Positions 25,577-37,627 of a DNA stretch of 64,000 bases are shown here, in pieces. How positions within the stretch are numbered: position 1 is the stretch's first letter; every line of letters begins with the position of its first letter. The notes under the pieces were generated by a model. The model saw nothing but the letters and a program-made list of their open reading frames with translations, made no database searches and was not told the DNA's origin. The translations under genes and the position numbers were made by a program. The stretch comes from Cyanophora paradoxa CCMP329 (Eukaryota > Plantae > Glaucophyta): the NCBI GenBank assembly GCA_004431415.1, contig QPMI01000529.1, forward strand, positions 1-64,000, read 5' to 3'.

Positions 25577-27933
25577 GCACCTGCTGGAAGGTCTCGTCGG
25601 CGGAGGGCCGGGCGATGGAGAGAGCGCGCAGGTTCCTGCGGGGCGGAGGGCGGGACCGGGGTCAGGCGGGGCGGGGCGGGCGGGGCGGGGCGGGGTGGCG
25701 GGGGAGACGGGGCGGGCCTGCAGAAGCGGCCGAGGGCGTCGAGGAGGGTGGCGTTGAGGGTGGGGAAGTCCTCGAGGAAGAGGAAGGTGAGGCTCTCGCC
25801 GCACACGTGCTCCAGGATCCACTGCACGTGCTCGGCCGGGATCAGCGGCAGCCCCGAGAGGTCCAGCGCCGTCGCCTCCCGGCTGCCCCCGCCGCCTCAG
25901 CGCCCCCGCCCGGCCGAGCCGAGCGGCGCCGCGGCGGCGGCGGCGGCGCGCGCGCGCGCGCCTAAGCTTCTGGAAGGGCTGCACGCTGAGCCGCTTGCAG
26001 TAGGCGACGGAGAGGCGGGTGAGCTTCGGGCAGTTCTGCGGCGCGGCGGGTGAGCGCCGGGGGGCGAGAGGGGGAGGGGGAGGGGGGTGCGCGGGCGGGC
26101 CTCGAGGACGATCTCGAGCTGCTGGTCGGTGACGTAGTGGCACCAGGAGATGTCGAGGCCCTCGAGGTCGGGCAGCCCCGCGAGCGGCTCAAGCACCTGC
26201 ACCTGCGCGCGCAGCGTCGGCCTCAGCGCCGCCCCGCCCAGCAGCCGAGCGCGGCGAGCGCCGGCGCGCCTTGAAGCACTTCCCGATGCTGAACTGCGTC
26301 AGGCTCTTGCAGCTGCAAGGCGCGTGTGAGGGGCGCGGGCGGGCAAGGCCGGCGCGGCGGAGGGCGGCAAGGCGCGGTGCAACGCGCCTGGAGGCGACCA
26401 GCTGCACCAGCTCGTCGTTGACGATCTCGCTGCAGCCGTTCAGGTGCAGCGCCTTGAGCTGCCGCGCGCGTGGGCTGCGGCGGCGGGGCGGGGCCGCGCC
26501 CCGCGGCGCTCGCTCGGACCTGCGGCGCGAACTGCAGGAAAGTCTGCAGGCCCAGCGTCGTCACCTGCCCGGACCGGTCAGCGCGGGGCGGGGCGGGGCG
26601 GGCTGCCGCGGGGCGCGCCTTCCTGCAGCCGGAGATGTCGAGGAGGTCGAGCGGCGCCTCCGCTGGGTCGTCGTGCGTCTGGATCTTCTCAGCGAGAATC
26701 GCCAGCATCACGTCGTCCATCCTGCCGCCGCCGCCGCGTCAGGGGCGGCCCCCGGCACTGCGGGGCGGGGCGGAGCGGGCGGCAGCGCGCTTGTTCAGCA
26801 TGCACATGCTCCGCACGATGCGCTTCATGTAGTCCGGCTTGATCTTCAGGTGCTGCGCAGCGATCGTAAGGCGCGGCGCGGCGGCGCGGCGCGGCGGCGG
26901 CCGGAGCGCCGGGCGGACCAGGAGCTGTTCCCGCATGGCGTCGTCCATGTTGATCACAAGGGAGCGCAGGCAGAGCTCGTGCAGCGGTACGGGGCCACGG
27001 AAGGTCACCGCGTCCATCTTGCTCGCAGCCTGCAGCGCGCCGCGTTGGCGCGGGGCCCGCGAGCGGGCGCAGGGCGCCGCTTGCCTCGAGAGCCTTGCGC
27101 TGCAGAGTCTCCAGGGTCTCCTTCGGCGGCTTCCTCACTTTTATCTTCACCTTGCGCTTCAGCCGCGTCGTTCTTTCGCGCGGTCCCGTGACCACGTCGT
27201 CGTCGTCCGAGGTGACGACATCCTCGTCCTCTGCGCGGGCGCTCGCGCGGGGGCGGCGCGAAGGGGCGGCGCGCGCGCACCGGAGAGCATCCCGTCGACG
27301 TCCGCCAGGTCCTCGCCGACCTCGTTCGGCACGTAGTCGCTGTCGCTGTCGTTGCCCATCGCAGACGCGTTCCGCTTTCGCCGCTGCGACGTCCGCCGCC
27401 CCCCGGTCTTGCGCGCCACGCGGGCCTCCTCTTCCTGCTTTGCATCAGCGAACTGCTTTGGGCGGCGGGCGCGGCGCGAGCGCGCCATGATCCTGCGGGC
27501 TTCCTCCCGTGTCTGCTCCAGCTGCTTCTGGCGCGCCTCGAGGCGCGCCTTCCGCTGCAGTTCTCTTCGCTCCTCCGCTGGTGTCTTCGCCGGTGGAGGC
27601 GGCGGCTGCGGGGGCGGCGGCGGCTCCTCCTGCCTCGACTCCGAAGCGATCGCGCTGCCGCCCCCGAACTTGAACTTGATCTTCTTTGCAGCCTCCGCTT
27701 GCCGCTCCTCCTTCTTCTGCTTCTTCTGCGCGTCGGCCACATCCTTGGAGACGATCTTGATCTTGAGCAGGCGAGGGCCGACATTCTGCAGGGGCGGAGC
27801 GTGCGGCGGTCAGGGCATCCATCCAGCGGCCGCGGCGCGCCCAACAAGCACGCGGCGGTGAGCCGGGCACGGCAGCGTGCAGGCGAAGGCGCACCTTGTC
27901 CTGGGCGAAGTCCTGCGCATTCTTCTTGGACAT
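24849..27933 (-). CDS. BC-box plus cysteine-containing (AMN1/FBXL-type) LRR protein, Rad7-like ubiquitin-ligase substrate receptor
   Basis: Charged, K-rich N-terminus; PLHELCLRSL (~26958-26987) fits the BC-box consensus; repeats LDISGCRKVT, LHLNGCSEIV, LDISWCHYVTD, LSVAYCKRLS, VDLSNCPRMQD, VNLSWCRYLT. Confidence 0.75.
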
Positions 27934-28182
27934 TCTCCCTTCCCGCGGCTGCTCCGCGCCGCTCGACGAATCGAGCGACGGGGCAAGTTACGGGGGCCGC
28001 GCTGCGGCCCGCTGGTCGCCGCACCAAGCGCTGCCCGCTGTACCTCGCGAGAGACGATCTTGCGCTGCGGCAGCTACTCCGATCGAACGCTGATTTCCAG
28101 GCGCGCGATTCCCGCTGTCGCAGCTCTGCTGAGTTGCCCACAAGCGAGGACTTGGTGGAACTTGCACGGGTACCGCTCACAA

Positions 28183-31100
28183 ATGTCGACGGGAACGGGC
28201 CCGCCAGCAGGCGCGACGCCTGTCGCGGGGGCCGTCCCGGTCCTGCCGGGCGCCACTTTTGTGGTGAAGCAGGAGCCCTTCGCTACCGCGCCGCCGCCCG
28301 CGGTCCAGCCACCGGCAGCGATGCCACATGACGCGGAGGACGACATCGTGCTGTTCGACGAGCACGGAAACCTCATGATAGATCATTCGGCGCCCCCGAG
28401 TGAGCTGCAGCGCTCCGCGATTCCCGGGGGCTGCGCTGACCTCTCCCTTCCAGCGCCTGCAATGCACCCGGTCGCGCCGGCCGCTTCCATGGCCTCCAGT
28501 GCGGATGCGCCGTCTCAGCCCTTATCAGGCGCGCATCACGTCGTAGCTCCACCGGCGCACGACGACGACATGATCATTCTCGACTTGGGCGACTCCGGTT
28601 CGAGCCATGGGCACGCTCTCGTGGTGCGATCGCTCACTGGCGGTCGCAGATACTCCGGTGAAGTCAGAGGGGATCATGCATGTCAAGCTGGAGCCCGGGG
28701 CGTCGCTCCCTGTCGCGGGGGCGATGCCCATCAAGTTCGAGCCCATGCCGCTGCCGACGACAATGCACCCGCCGATGCCGCAGCCCTCGTCTTCGTATTC
28801 CATGAGCATGAGCCACGCAACAGCAGCATCGTCATCATCGGCAGTGCCAGAGCCAGCGGCCGCGCCAGATCGGTCAGAGACTCTGCCACCGGAGGCGACA
28901 CGCCAGATCCTGGAATTCCTGCAGAGCGCGTCGCTCGATGCGTGCGAAGAGTTGCCGCCGCAGCCCGACGGCATGATCTCGCAGCTGAAGGACTATCAGC
29001 GCGAAGGTGCCGCCTATCGCCCCTGTCCAGCGCTTCCGCGCTCAGTGCCGTGCAGCGCTCGGCTGGATGATCAAGCGTGAGTACGGAGATGACGAAGGCA
29101 ACGTTAGCGGGTGAGCGCGGCTCCCCGCTCGGCGCACTTTCTGTCCGCTGACCTCTCCGCGCAGCTTCCGCGGCGGCATTCTCGCCGATGGTGTGCTGCA
29201 CCAGGGGGCCTCGCCCTCGCCGCGCTCTGACGGGGGGGGCGCGCGTGCAGACATGGGCCTGGGGAAGACGGTCATGATCATCTCGCTGCTGGTCTCCACG
29301 CGCGTCGAAGACCCGCATCCGATCGTCAACTTCTCGTCGCCGGAGCTGCGCGACGCGCCGGGAACGTCCCTCATCGGTGCGCGCGGCCGCGCCGCTCGCC
29401 GCGCGGCGGCCGCTGAGGCGGGCGGCCGCGACGGCGCAGTGTGCCCGCCGGTGGTCATCCAGCAGTGGCAGACGGAGGTGGCGAAGCACACGGAGCCGAA
29501 CCTCATGTCCGTCTACGTCTACCACGGCACACAGGCGCGCCGCGCTCCGCCGCCGCGCCGGGGCCGGGGCGCGCCGCCGAGACGCGCCGCAGCGGAAGAA
29601 GGACCTGGACTTCCTCTGCTCCCAGCACGTCGTCATCACGAGCTACGACACTGTCACCTCGGAGAGGCGCCCCGCCCCCGCGCCCCGCCCCCGCCCCGGC
29701 CGGGCGGCCGCTGAGGGCGCGGGGGCCGGGGCAGCCCGTTCGAGCGGATGCGGGACGGGAAGCGGCGGCGGCTGGTGGCGGTCATGGGCGACAAGCCCGA
29801 GCCGCTCATGGCGATCACCTGGGGCCGCGTCGTCCTCGACGAGTCGGCAGCCATCAAGAGTGCCCCGCCCGCCTCCGTCCCGCCGCCCCCGCCGCCCGCC
29901 CGCCCACCGCCCGCCCGCTCCGCAGACCGCACGAGCATCCGCGCGCGCGCCGCCGGCATGCTCCGCACGCCGACCCGCTGGTGCCTGACGGGTACGCCCA
30001 TCCACAACTGCCTCGACGACCTGTACTCCCAGGCAAGCGTACCTCCTCGGCTTCCCCCCCTCCGACCTGAGCGCGGGCGGCAGTACGAGTTCCTGCGGGC
30101 GCCCTTCGCGGACCCCGACGACCGGGAGGCTCGGAAGACGTGCGCGGGACGCGCCGGTCCACCCGGCCGGGCGGCCCGGCTCAGGCGTCGGGGCGCAGGT
30201 GGCAGGTGAACATCGCGGCGGCGCTGAAGCACCCCGGGACGGAGTCGTTCCGGCACGGCATGGGCCGCCTCAACGAGCTCATCGGTGCCCCGGGCCTCGC
30301 CTCGGCCCTGCTCGACGGCTCGCGGCGCGTGCTGAGGCGGGGGGCGTGCAGGGGACACGATCATGCGGCGGACGCGCGAGTCGGCGACGGCGGACCGCGA
30401 GCCCGTCGTCATCTTCCCGCCCCGCCTCGTTCGCCTCCGCGAGTGCGCCCCCGCGCCCCCGCCCCGCCCCGCCCCGCCTTGGCCCGCGCCGGCCCACCGG
30501 CCCGCGCGCGCAGGGACCTCCTCTCGCCCGAGGAGAAGGCCTTCCAAGACGCCCTCTTCGAGTACGCCCGCCGCAAGTTCGAGAAGTACCAGCGGGCGCG
30601 CCCGCACCCTCCCTCCCCGCCCCGCGGGCGCCGCCGACGGCGCCTGGCAGCTGGGGTCGCTCTCGGAGCACCGCCTCGAGATGGAGGGCCTCGCCCTCCG
30701 CGTCCGCCAGGCCCTCTGCCACGTGCCTCCGCCCGGCCCCCCGCCCCGGCCCCGCCGCCCCGCCGCCCCGCCCCTCTCACTCGCTCGCTTGCAGCCGTAC
30801 CTGGCGATCCGCGGCATCAACCAGCAGGCCTCCAAGATGCGCACGAAGAGCCTCGCGCAGTTCCTCCAGACCATCGCCGCCGTCGGCTCCCAGCAGCAGC
30901 AGGCGCGCCCCGCCTCCCCCGCCCTCCGCCCCTCGCTGACGGCCGGCGGCAGGTGCAGCAGCAGACGCTGCAGCTGCAGCAGCAGGCGGCGCAGGCGGCG
31001 TCGCGCGCGCCGCTGCCCTCCCACGCGGGGGCCGGCGGCGCCCACGCCGCCATCTTCTCGCGCCCCACCGGCTCCCTCTCGGCCGCCGGCGTCGCCGCCC

Positions 31101-34100
31101 GCAGCCAGGCCGCCGCCTCCGTCAGCCGCCCGCCGGCCCCTCCCCGCCCGCCCCCACCTCCGTCACCATGACCACCGTCCCCTCCGTCGGCCCCTCGCCC
31201 TCCCCGCCGCCCCCGCGCCCCGGCATGCCCACCCCTCCCCACCCCCGGCTTCCAGGCCCGCCCGGCTACCCCTCGTCCTCCCCTCCGCCCCCGGCGCAAT
31301 CTCCTTCGCCTCCGGGTGCCCCCGCCCCCGGCATCCACCACCCTACTGCCCTCTCCCCTGTTCCCCCGGACAGCCCGGCGCGCCGCCCGCGGGGGCCACC
31401 CGATGCAGCCCCGGCCCCCGGCGTGCCCCCGGCCCTCTGGCCGGCGCGCCCGGCGCGCCCCCTGGCGGACCGCCCGGGCCCCGCCCCCGGCTTCCCGGGC
31501 CCGCCGCAGCCGGCCCGCCCCGGAGCGGTCGCCGTGCCGCCTCGGCCGGGCCCGCCGCAGGCGCCGGGGCTGCCGCCGCGGGCCCGGGGGCGCCGCCGCC
31601 CTTCGCCTCGGCCCCGCAGGCCCCCGGTGCCTCCATGGTCTTCCAGCAGCTCTCCCCCGGCGCCCCTACGCCCCCGCCCCTCCCCCGCCGGCCCCCCGCC
31701 CCCGGCGCCGCCCCGGCCGGCGGCCCGCGTCCCCCGGGCCGCCCTTCGGCCCGCCTGCGCCGGGCGCGCCGGGCGCCGCGCCGGTACCCCCTCGGAGCGC
31801 TCCTTTCGTCCCGGGGGCGCCGGCGGCCCCCGGTGCGGCGCCTTTTCCCGGCGCCGCCGGCGCGCCTCCGCCTCCTGGCGCCGCCCCGCCTCCTGGCGCC
31901 GCTCCGCCCCGGGGGCCGCGCCGGTGGCGCCCCCATTCGCCTCGGCCCCGGTCGCCCCGGGGACCGCGCCCCAAGCGGGCCACCCTCCGGCGCGCCCCCG
32001 CCGCTCCCCCGGCCGGCGCCGCCCCTGTGGCCGCCCCTTCCCCTGCCCAGGCGCCGGCGCCGGCGGCACCAGTGGCGGTGACCGGCCTGGCCCGACCCCG
32101 GCCCCGGCGGCTCAGCCGGCTCCTGCCTCGGGCCCCTCCGGAGCGCCGGTCCTCGCCACAGCGCCCGCCCCCTTCGCTGCTCCCGTGCCGGCCGGCCGTG
32201 CCACCCCGCCCGGAGTTCCTGGCGCCTCCCCGCCCGGCGCCGCCCCGCCCGGCGCCGCCCCGCCCGGCGCGGCCCCGGTTCCGCCGCCGCCAGGAGCGGC
32301 GGCGTTGTCGCAGCCGCCGGGCGCTGCGCCGGTTCCTTTCTCTTCGGTGCCAGTGGCGGCCGGCGTGCCGCGCCCCACGCCGCAGGCCGGCCCGGCGGGC
32401 ACCCCCCAGCCCCCGCAGGCCCCGCCTTCGCCTCCGCCCCGTCGTCCCCGGCCCGCCCCCTCCGTTCCCGGCGCATCCGCCGTACCCCCGCGCCCCGGGC
32501 CCCGGCTCCGGCCGGGCTCCGGTGCAGCCCGGGGCGCCGTTCCAGCCCGGGCGCCGGCTCCGCCCGGGCCTCGATGCCGCCGGCTGCGCCGCCGCCGGCC
32601 GGGTCCGCGGCGGGCCCGTCACCATCTCCCTCGTCTCCGCCCCGCCCGGCCGCCCCTCCCCGACGCCGACGCCGCCGCCGCCGCCGCTCCCGGCGGGCCC
32701 TCGCCCCCGCCCGGCACCTCTTCCCCCTCCCCGACCCTCCCGCCGGCGCCGCCCCCGTCGGCAACCCCGGCTCCCCGGTCCGCTTCGCTGCCGCCCCGCC
32801 GCCGGCCCCTCCGACGCGGCGGCCGCCCCCTCCGCCTTCCCCACTGTGCCCCCCCGCCCGGGCTCCTCGCCCGTCCCGCCGCTGCCGCCGGGGCTGGCCG
32901 GCGTCGTCGCCCCGACGCCCGTCTCCGCCCAGCTCTCCACGGTGCCCGTCCCGCAGGCGTCGCCGCGGGGCCCGCCGCCCGCCTCGCCCTTCGCCTCGGC
33001 GCCCATCTCGACGGCGACGGTGCCGGCGACGGCGCCGGGGCCCCCGCCGGCCTCGAGCCCGGAGACGATCCTGGACGAGCTCTTCTCCAAGTTCGGCGAC
33101 GACCTCTGCAAGTGCGCGGGGCCCCGCCCCCGCGCCGGCCTGCGCCGCCCCGCGCTGAGGGGGCGGGGGGGCAGGTGCGCGCGGGACTTCGTGGAGCTGG
33201 AGCGGAAGGCGTGCGCGCACCGCATCTGCGGGCAGTGCTTCGAGGAGGCCGTCTCCAAGAGCGCCTTCCCCAGCGACCCCGACTGCGAGATCAAGTGCCC
33301 GCACTGCACCGCCGACCGCCAGGCCACCTGCAAGAAGTCCGACTGGGCCCAGGCGCGCCCCCGCCCCCCGCCCCGCGCCCCCCGCGCCTTGTTCCTCTCT
33401 GACGCCGGCGGCGCCGGCGGGGCGCAGGTGAGCGGGAGCGCGGACGACTTTGCGGACCGCGACGCGATGCGCTCGACCCGCATCGACGCGCTCCTCCAGG
33501 AGGTGCGGGGCGGCCCGCGCAGCCCCGCCCCGCCCCGCCTGCGCCGACGGCGCCCAGCTGAGCGACGTGCGGGAGAAGAACCCCTTCGACAAGAACCTCG
33601 TTTTCTCCCAGGTCCGTTTCAGCGCAGAGGAAGCGGAGAGGAAGCTTGAGCCGCCAGAGTGCACGGAGGGGACGGAGCAGAGGGGACGGACCCGCTCTAC
33701 GCCTCGCCGCGCGCTGCTGACCGGGGGGCCGGCGCCGGCTCGCGCAGTGGACGAGCTTCCTGGACATGATGGAGCCGTGGCTCGCCGCCGAGGGCTACTC
33801 CTACCGCCGCCTCGACGGCACCATGGCCCGCCCCGCCCCCGCCCGCAGCTGTCCGCGCGCTGAGCTCGGGCGCGCAGAACGCGAAGCAGCGGCAGCTCGC
33901 CGTCAAAGAGTTCGAGTCGGACCCGACGGTGCGGCCCCGGCCCGAGGCGGCTGGGCCGCCCCGGCTCGGCGCTGACGCCGCGGCAGGCGACGGTGCTGCT
34001 GATCTCGACGTCGGCGGCGGGCATGGGCCTCAACCTCGCCTGCGCCCACCACGTCTTCATGATGGATCTCTGGTGGAACCGCGCCGTCCGCCCCGCCCCG

Positions 34101-34485
34101 CCGCTCCCCGCCCCGCCGCAGCGTCCGAGGCGGCGCGGGGTGGGCGGGGGCGCAGCTGGAGGAGCAGGCGATGGCGCGGGCGCACCGGCTGACGCAGACG
34201 GACCCCGTGATCATCACGCGCTTCGTGGCGGGGCCGGACACCATCGAGACGCGCATCCTCGCCCTCCAGGAGGCCAAGATGGAGGTCGCCAACGGCGTCC
34301 TCCGCCACGCCCAGCAGGCCCGCCCCGCCCCCGCCCCGCCCCGCCCCGCCACGCGCCCTCCCGCCGCATTCCAGCCGAGCGCGCGAGCGCGCAAAGCCGA
34401 GGCTGAGGCTGGGCGGCAGGTCTCGACGAACCGGCTGACGCTGAAGAACCTTGAGAAGCTCTTCATGGGGCCCGGCCGCCGCTGA
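28183..34485 (+). CDS. SNF2-family helicase with RING finger (Rad5/Rad16/HLTF/Ris1 group)
   Basis: [55 protein letters not shown]-like [50 protein letters not shown] ~2 kb Pro/Ala-rich insert lies at ~30950-33060. Confidence 0.93.
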
Positions 34486-35179
34486 GGCCGCCCCGTCCCG
34501 CCCGCCCCGCCCCGCCCCGCCCCGCCCCGCCCCGGCCCTCTCGTACGAATACACGCGAACCGTCGCCGGGGGCGGCTGCAGGTGATTACGAGTGTGGCCT
34601 GCTGTGGAGCGCGCGTGAGGGAATTCCTGGCGAAGCTCTCTAGATCTGGTTCCCTCTTTAAGCTGGGCCCCCGGCCTGCGACGACGTATACACGTGCATT
34701 GACAGTCAGCACGAAGCTGTGCTGCCGGGCTGCCGGGCTGTAAAAGAGCACTAGTACTCCTGGACTCTCAGTAGCGGCAATGTCCACCAGACCACAAGCC
34801 TTGACGCCTACGTACCGTTAACGTTGTACGCTGTGCACTGCGGCATGCAAATTCCGAAAAGTTCGAATGCTTGCTGAATCATGTTATACGTACATGTACA
34901 TCTATACGCTCCAGGTATGCAAGGAAGCTTTCCTTTCGATTGTTAAACGTTTGCGTGAAAAGAACTAGTGAGTCCACGTGCACCGAAGACAAGATAAAGA
35001 AATACTATAGCTAACCGTTGAACGCTATGATCACATGATAATCTCAGAATATCAGTACTGATCATTAAATGATACGTACTGTGATTTATTCGATAATTAT
35101 AAGAGAATGCAGCACAGAGAAAGAAAACAAGCTTCAAGGCTTATGAAGATCTATAAAGAACAGATCTTCAGACTGGGCC

Positions 35180-37627
35180 CTACAGGATGGTGCAAAGGTT
35201 GACGGGCGGGGGGACGCGGGGCCGCTCGGAGGGGGCGGCGGGGACGAAGAGGCGCCGGGCGCGCGCCCCCGCCACCGAGACCGAGGCCGGGTCGCGCTCC
35301 GCCTCCCGCCGCCTCGCCGCCGCCCTGCACGCCCCGCCCTCAGCTCCGGATCCGGCCCGGGGACCCGGACCCCGCCCACGGCCCAGCCCGCCTTCAATGA
35401 ATATTACCCGCACCTGGACGCGGCGCGCTCGACCCTGCGGACCTGCGCGCGCGCGTGCGCGGAGAGAACTCGGGCTCAGCGCGGATGAACCGGAAACTAA
35501 ACGGCGCGGGGCGGGGCTCGAACCCGGGCCACCATCTCCGGCACGCCTTCCAGGGGGGCGTCCCCCGCCTCCGAGAGCTGCGCGCGGGGGGGAACGGGGG
35601 GGGGTAACGGCCTCAGGCGCGGCCCGGAGGTCGGTTCGGGCGCGGGGCGCGGGGCTGCAGGGGCGGGCGGGCCTTGATTGCGAGGGCGGCGACGGGGGCG
35701 GTGGCGAGGGCGAGGCGGGCCCAGCCGCAGGCCGGCTCGAGCTCCCGCGGCTCGAACGGGAGCCGGAGGCGGAGGCGGAGGCGGGGCTCGAGGCGGCGCA
35801 GGAGCGGGGGGCCCAGGCGCCCCGCCAGGGCGAGGAGGTTGGCGGCGACGAGGCCCTGGAAGAGGCTCCGCAGCGGGTGCCCGCCAGCCGCGCCCACGCC
35901 CCGCACGCCTCCTCCGCCGCTGCGCCGGCGCCGGCCTGTCAGCGGCTGCCGGCGCGAGCGGCGAGGGCCGCTCCCAAGTCCAGCGCGCGCCTCTGTGGAG
36001 GAGCCGCTGCGCGTGGGAGAGGAGGGGCGGGGCGGCGCAGGCGAGGGCCCCCGCCCCCGCCACCGCGGGGCCCCAGGGCGGAATCACCGCTCCGATGGCG
36101 GCCCCGGGGCCCCCGAAAGCCCAAGCCGCCGTAGCCGCCGCCTGCAATCCACCGAGGAAACAGATCAGGTCGGTTCTATACTCGCTCTCAATTTCGGTTA
36201 GGGGGCGCGGCGAAGATGCCGCCACGCACGCAGGTCGCTTTCGCGGAGGCGGCGGCGGCGCCCCTCCAGGCGAGCTCACCGCAGGCCGCCCCTGCCGACG
36301 CCCGCCCGAGACGAACGAAGGTTTGATAATTATAACGCGTTCGGGATTAATATATTCGGGCGCGCGGCGAAATTTAAACGTCGGCGGCGAACGCACAGCG
36401 GAGGTCGGAAACGAGGCGGCCGAGCTCGCCGCAGCGGGCGGGGACGGTCCCTTCGCCGGTGCCGGCGCCGGCGGCGTGCGCTCGCGCGTGGACCTCGCGC
36501 CAGGCGGCGGCGAGGCGGCCGCGGACCGCCTCGCAGCTGTCGTAGACGTCCCTCCGGACCCGCATGCGGTCGCGGCGCTGCGACGCGGCGGGCGTGGGCG
36601 CGAATCAGCGGACGAGCAGCAACGCGCCCAGCATCGATTGCGCCGTCCGTCATTTGTGGCACGTGCAAACCCGCTCTTCCATCAAGCACCACGTGAAGGG
36701 GAGGATCGGAAGGAGAATCGCGAACTGCGCATGCGTGCCAATTGCAAGTTACAATCACAAATAATTTATTTCAGGGCGATTAAAAACTTTGAAGAGCACC
36801 AGCAAGAGTTCACCAGGGCCCAAAGGAGCGCAATCCGCGCCTCCCGTCTCCTTCCAGGCCCAGTTCCAGGCCGTCACGGAGTCCGCCGCCCCACTTGCTT
36901 CCTGCACATGGATATTGATGTCATAATTGTATAGCACGAAGCTCATGTGCGCGTGCAGGCCGGAAATTTTAAACACTGAAACGCAAAGCATACCTCAAGG
37001 TTGGAGATTGCCGAGATCGCAAACCGCTTGTTCTCTCTTCCCTTCGAATTCTTTCGGATCCGCCCCTCCACTAGATCTCGAGACATCGACGCTTCTAAAG
37101 CTTTGCTGCCGCTCGAGCTCGGGAGGTGGTACATGGCCCAGGTGATCGCCAGGCGTCGCTCCAGCGCCTCGATTTCGGACTCCGCTCGCGCGACCTGCAA
37201 GCGCGCAGAGCGGAGAACTGAGCGAGCAGCACTAGAGGGCTAGAAAGCACGGCGCGGTCCCAATCAGCGATATCGATGGAGCACGTACGAGCTTTTCGAA
37301 TCCATCAGGGCAAGAATTACCGTCTTTGTCTTTTGTCTCTTCATACTTGGAGTCGGCACTGGATCTCGTCTCGCGCTCGAGCCGAGTTACGCCGCGGAAG
37401 GCCACAAGAATCGGGTCGAGCAAGTCCTGCACCGCGATCTGAGAGGAAAAAGCATCTTCCGCTGCTTCGAGCGCTTTCTGAAAGCGTTCTGACGCGCCCC
37501 GCGGCAGGGCGGCTACAACGTTAACTTCGCGGTTGCGTTGCCGCTGCGCCCGAAGCTCTCGCCAGATCTCGCCTGCGCGGTCGCGCGTCGAAGTCTCTTT
37601 CTCATCCGAGGCTGCACTGCTCTCCAT
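35180..37627 (-). CDS. Hypothetical protein, N-terminal coiled coil and C-terminal hydrophobic segments (may be one or two genes)
   Basis: Exons MESSAASDEKE.., VARAESEIEALERRL.., FAILLPILPFTWCL, LICFLGGLQAAATAAWAFGG and LFQGLVAANLLALAG, bounded by splice-like signals. Confidence 0.45.
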
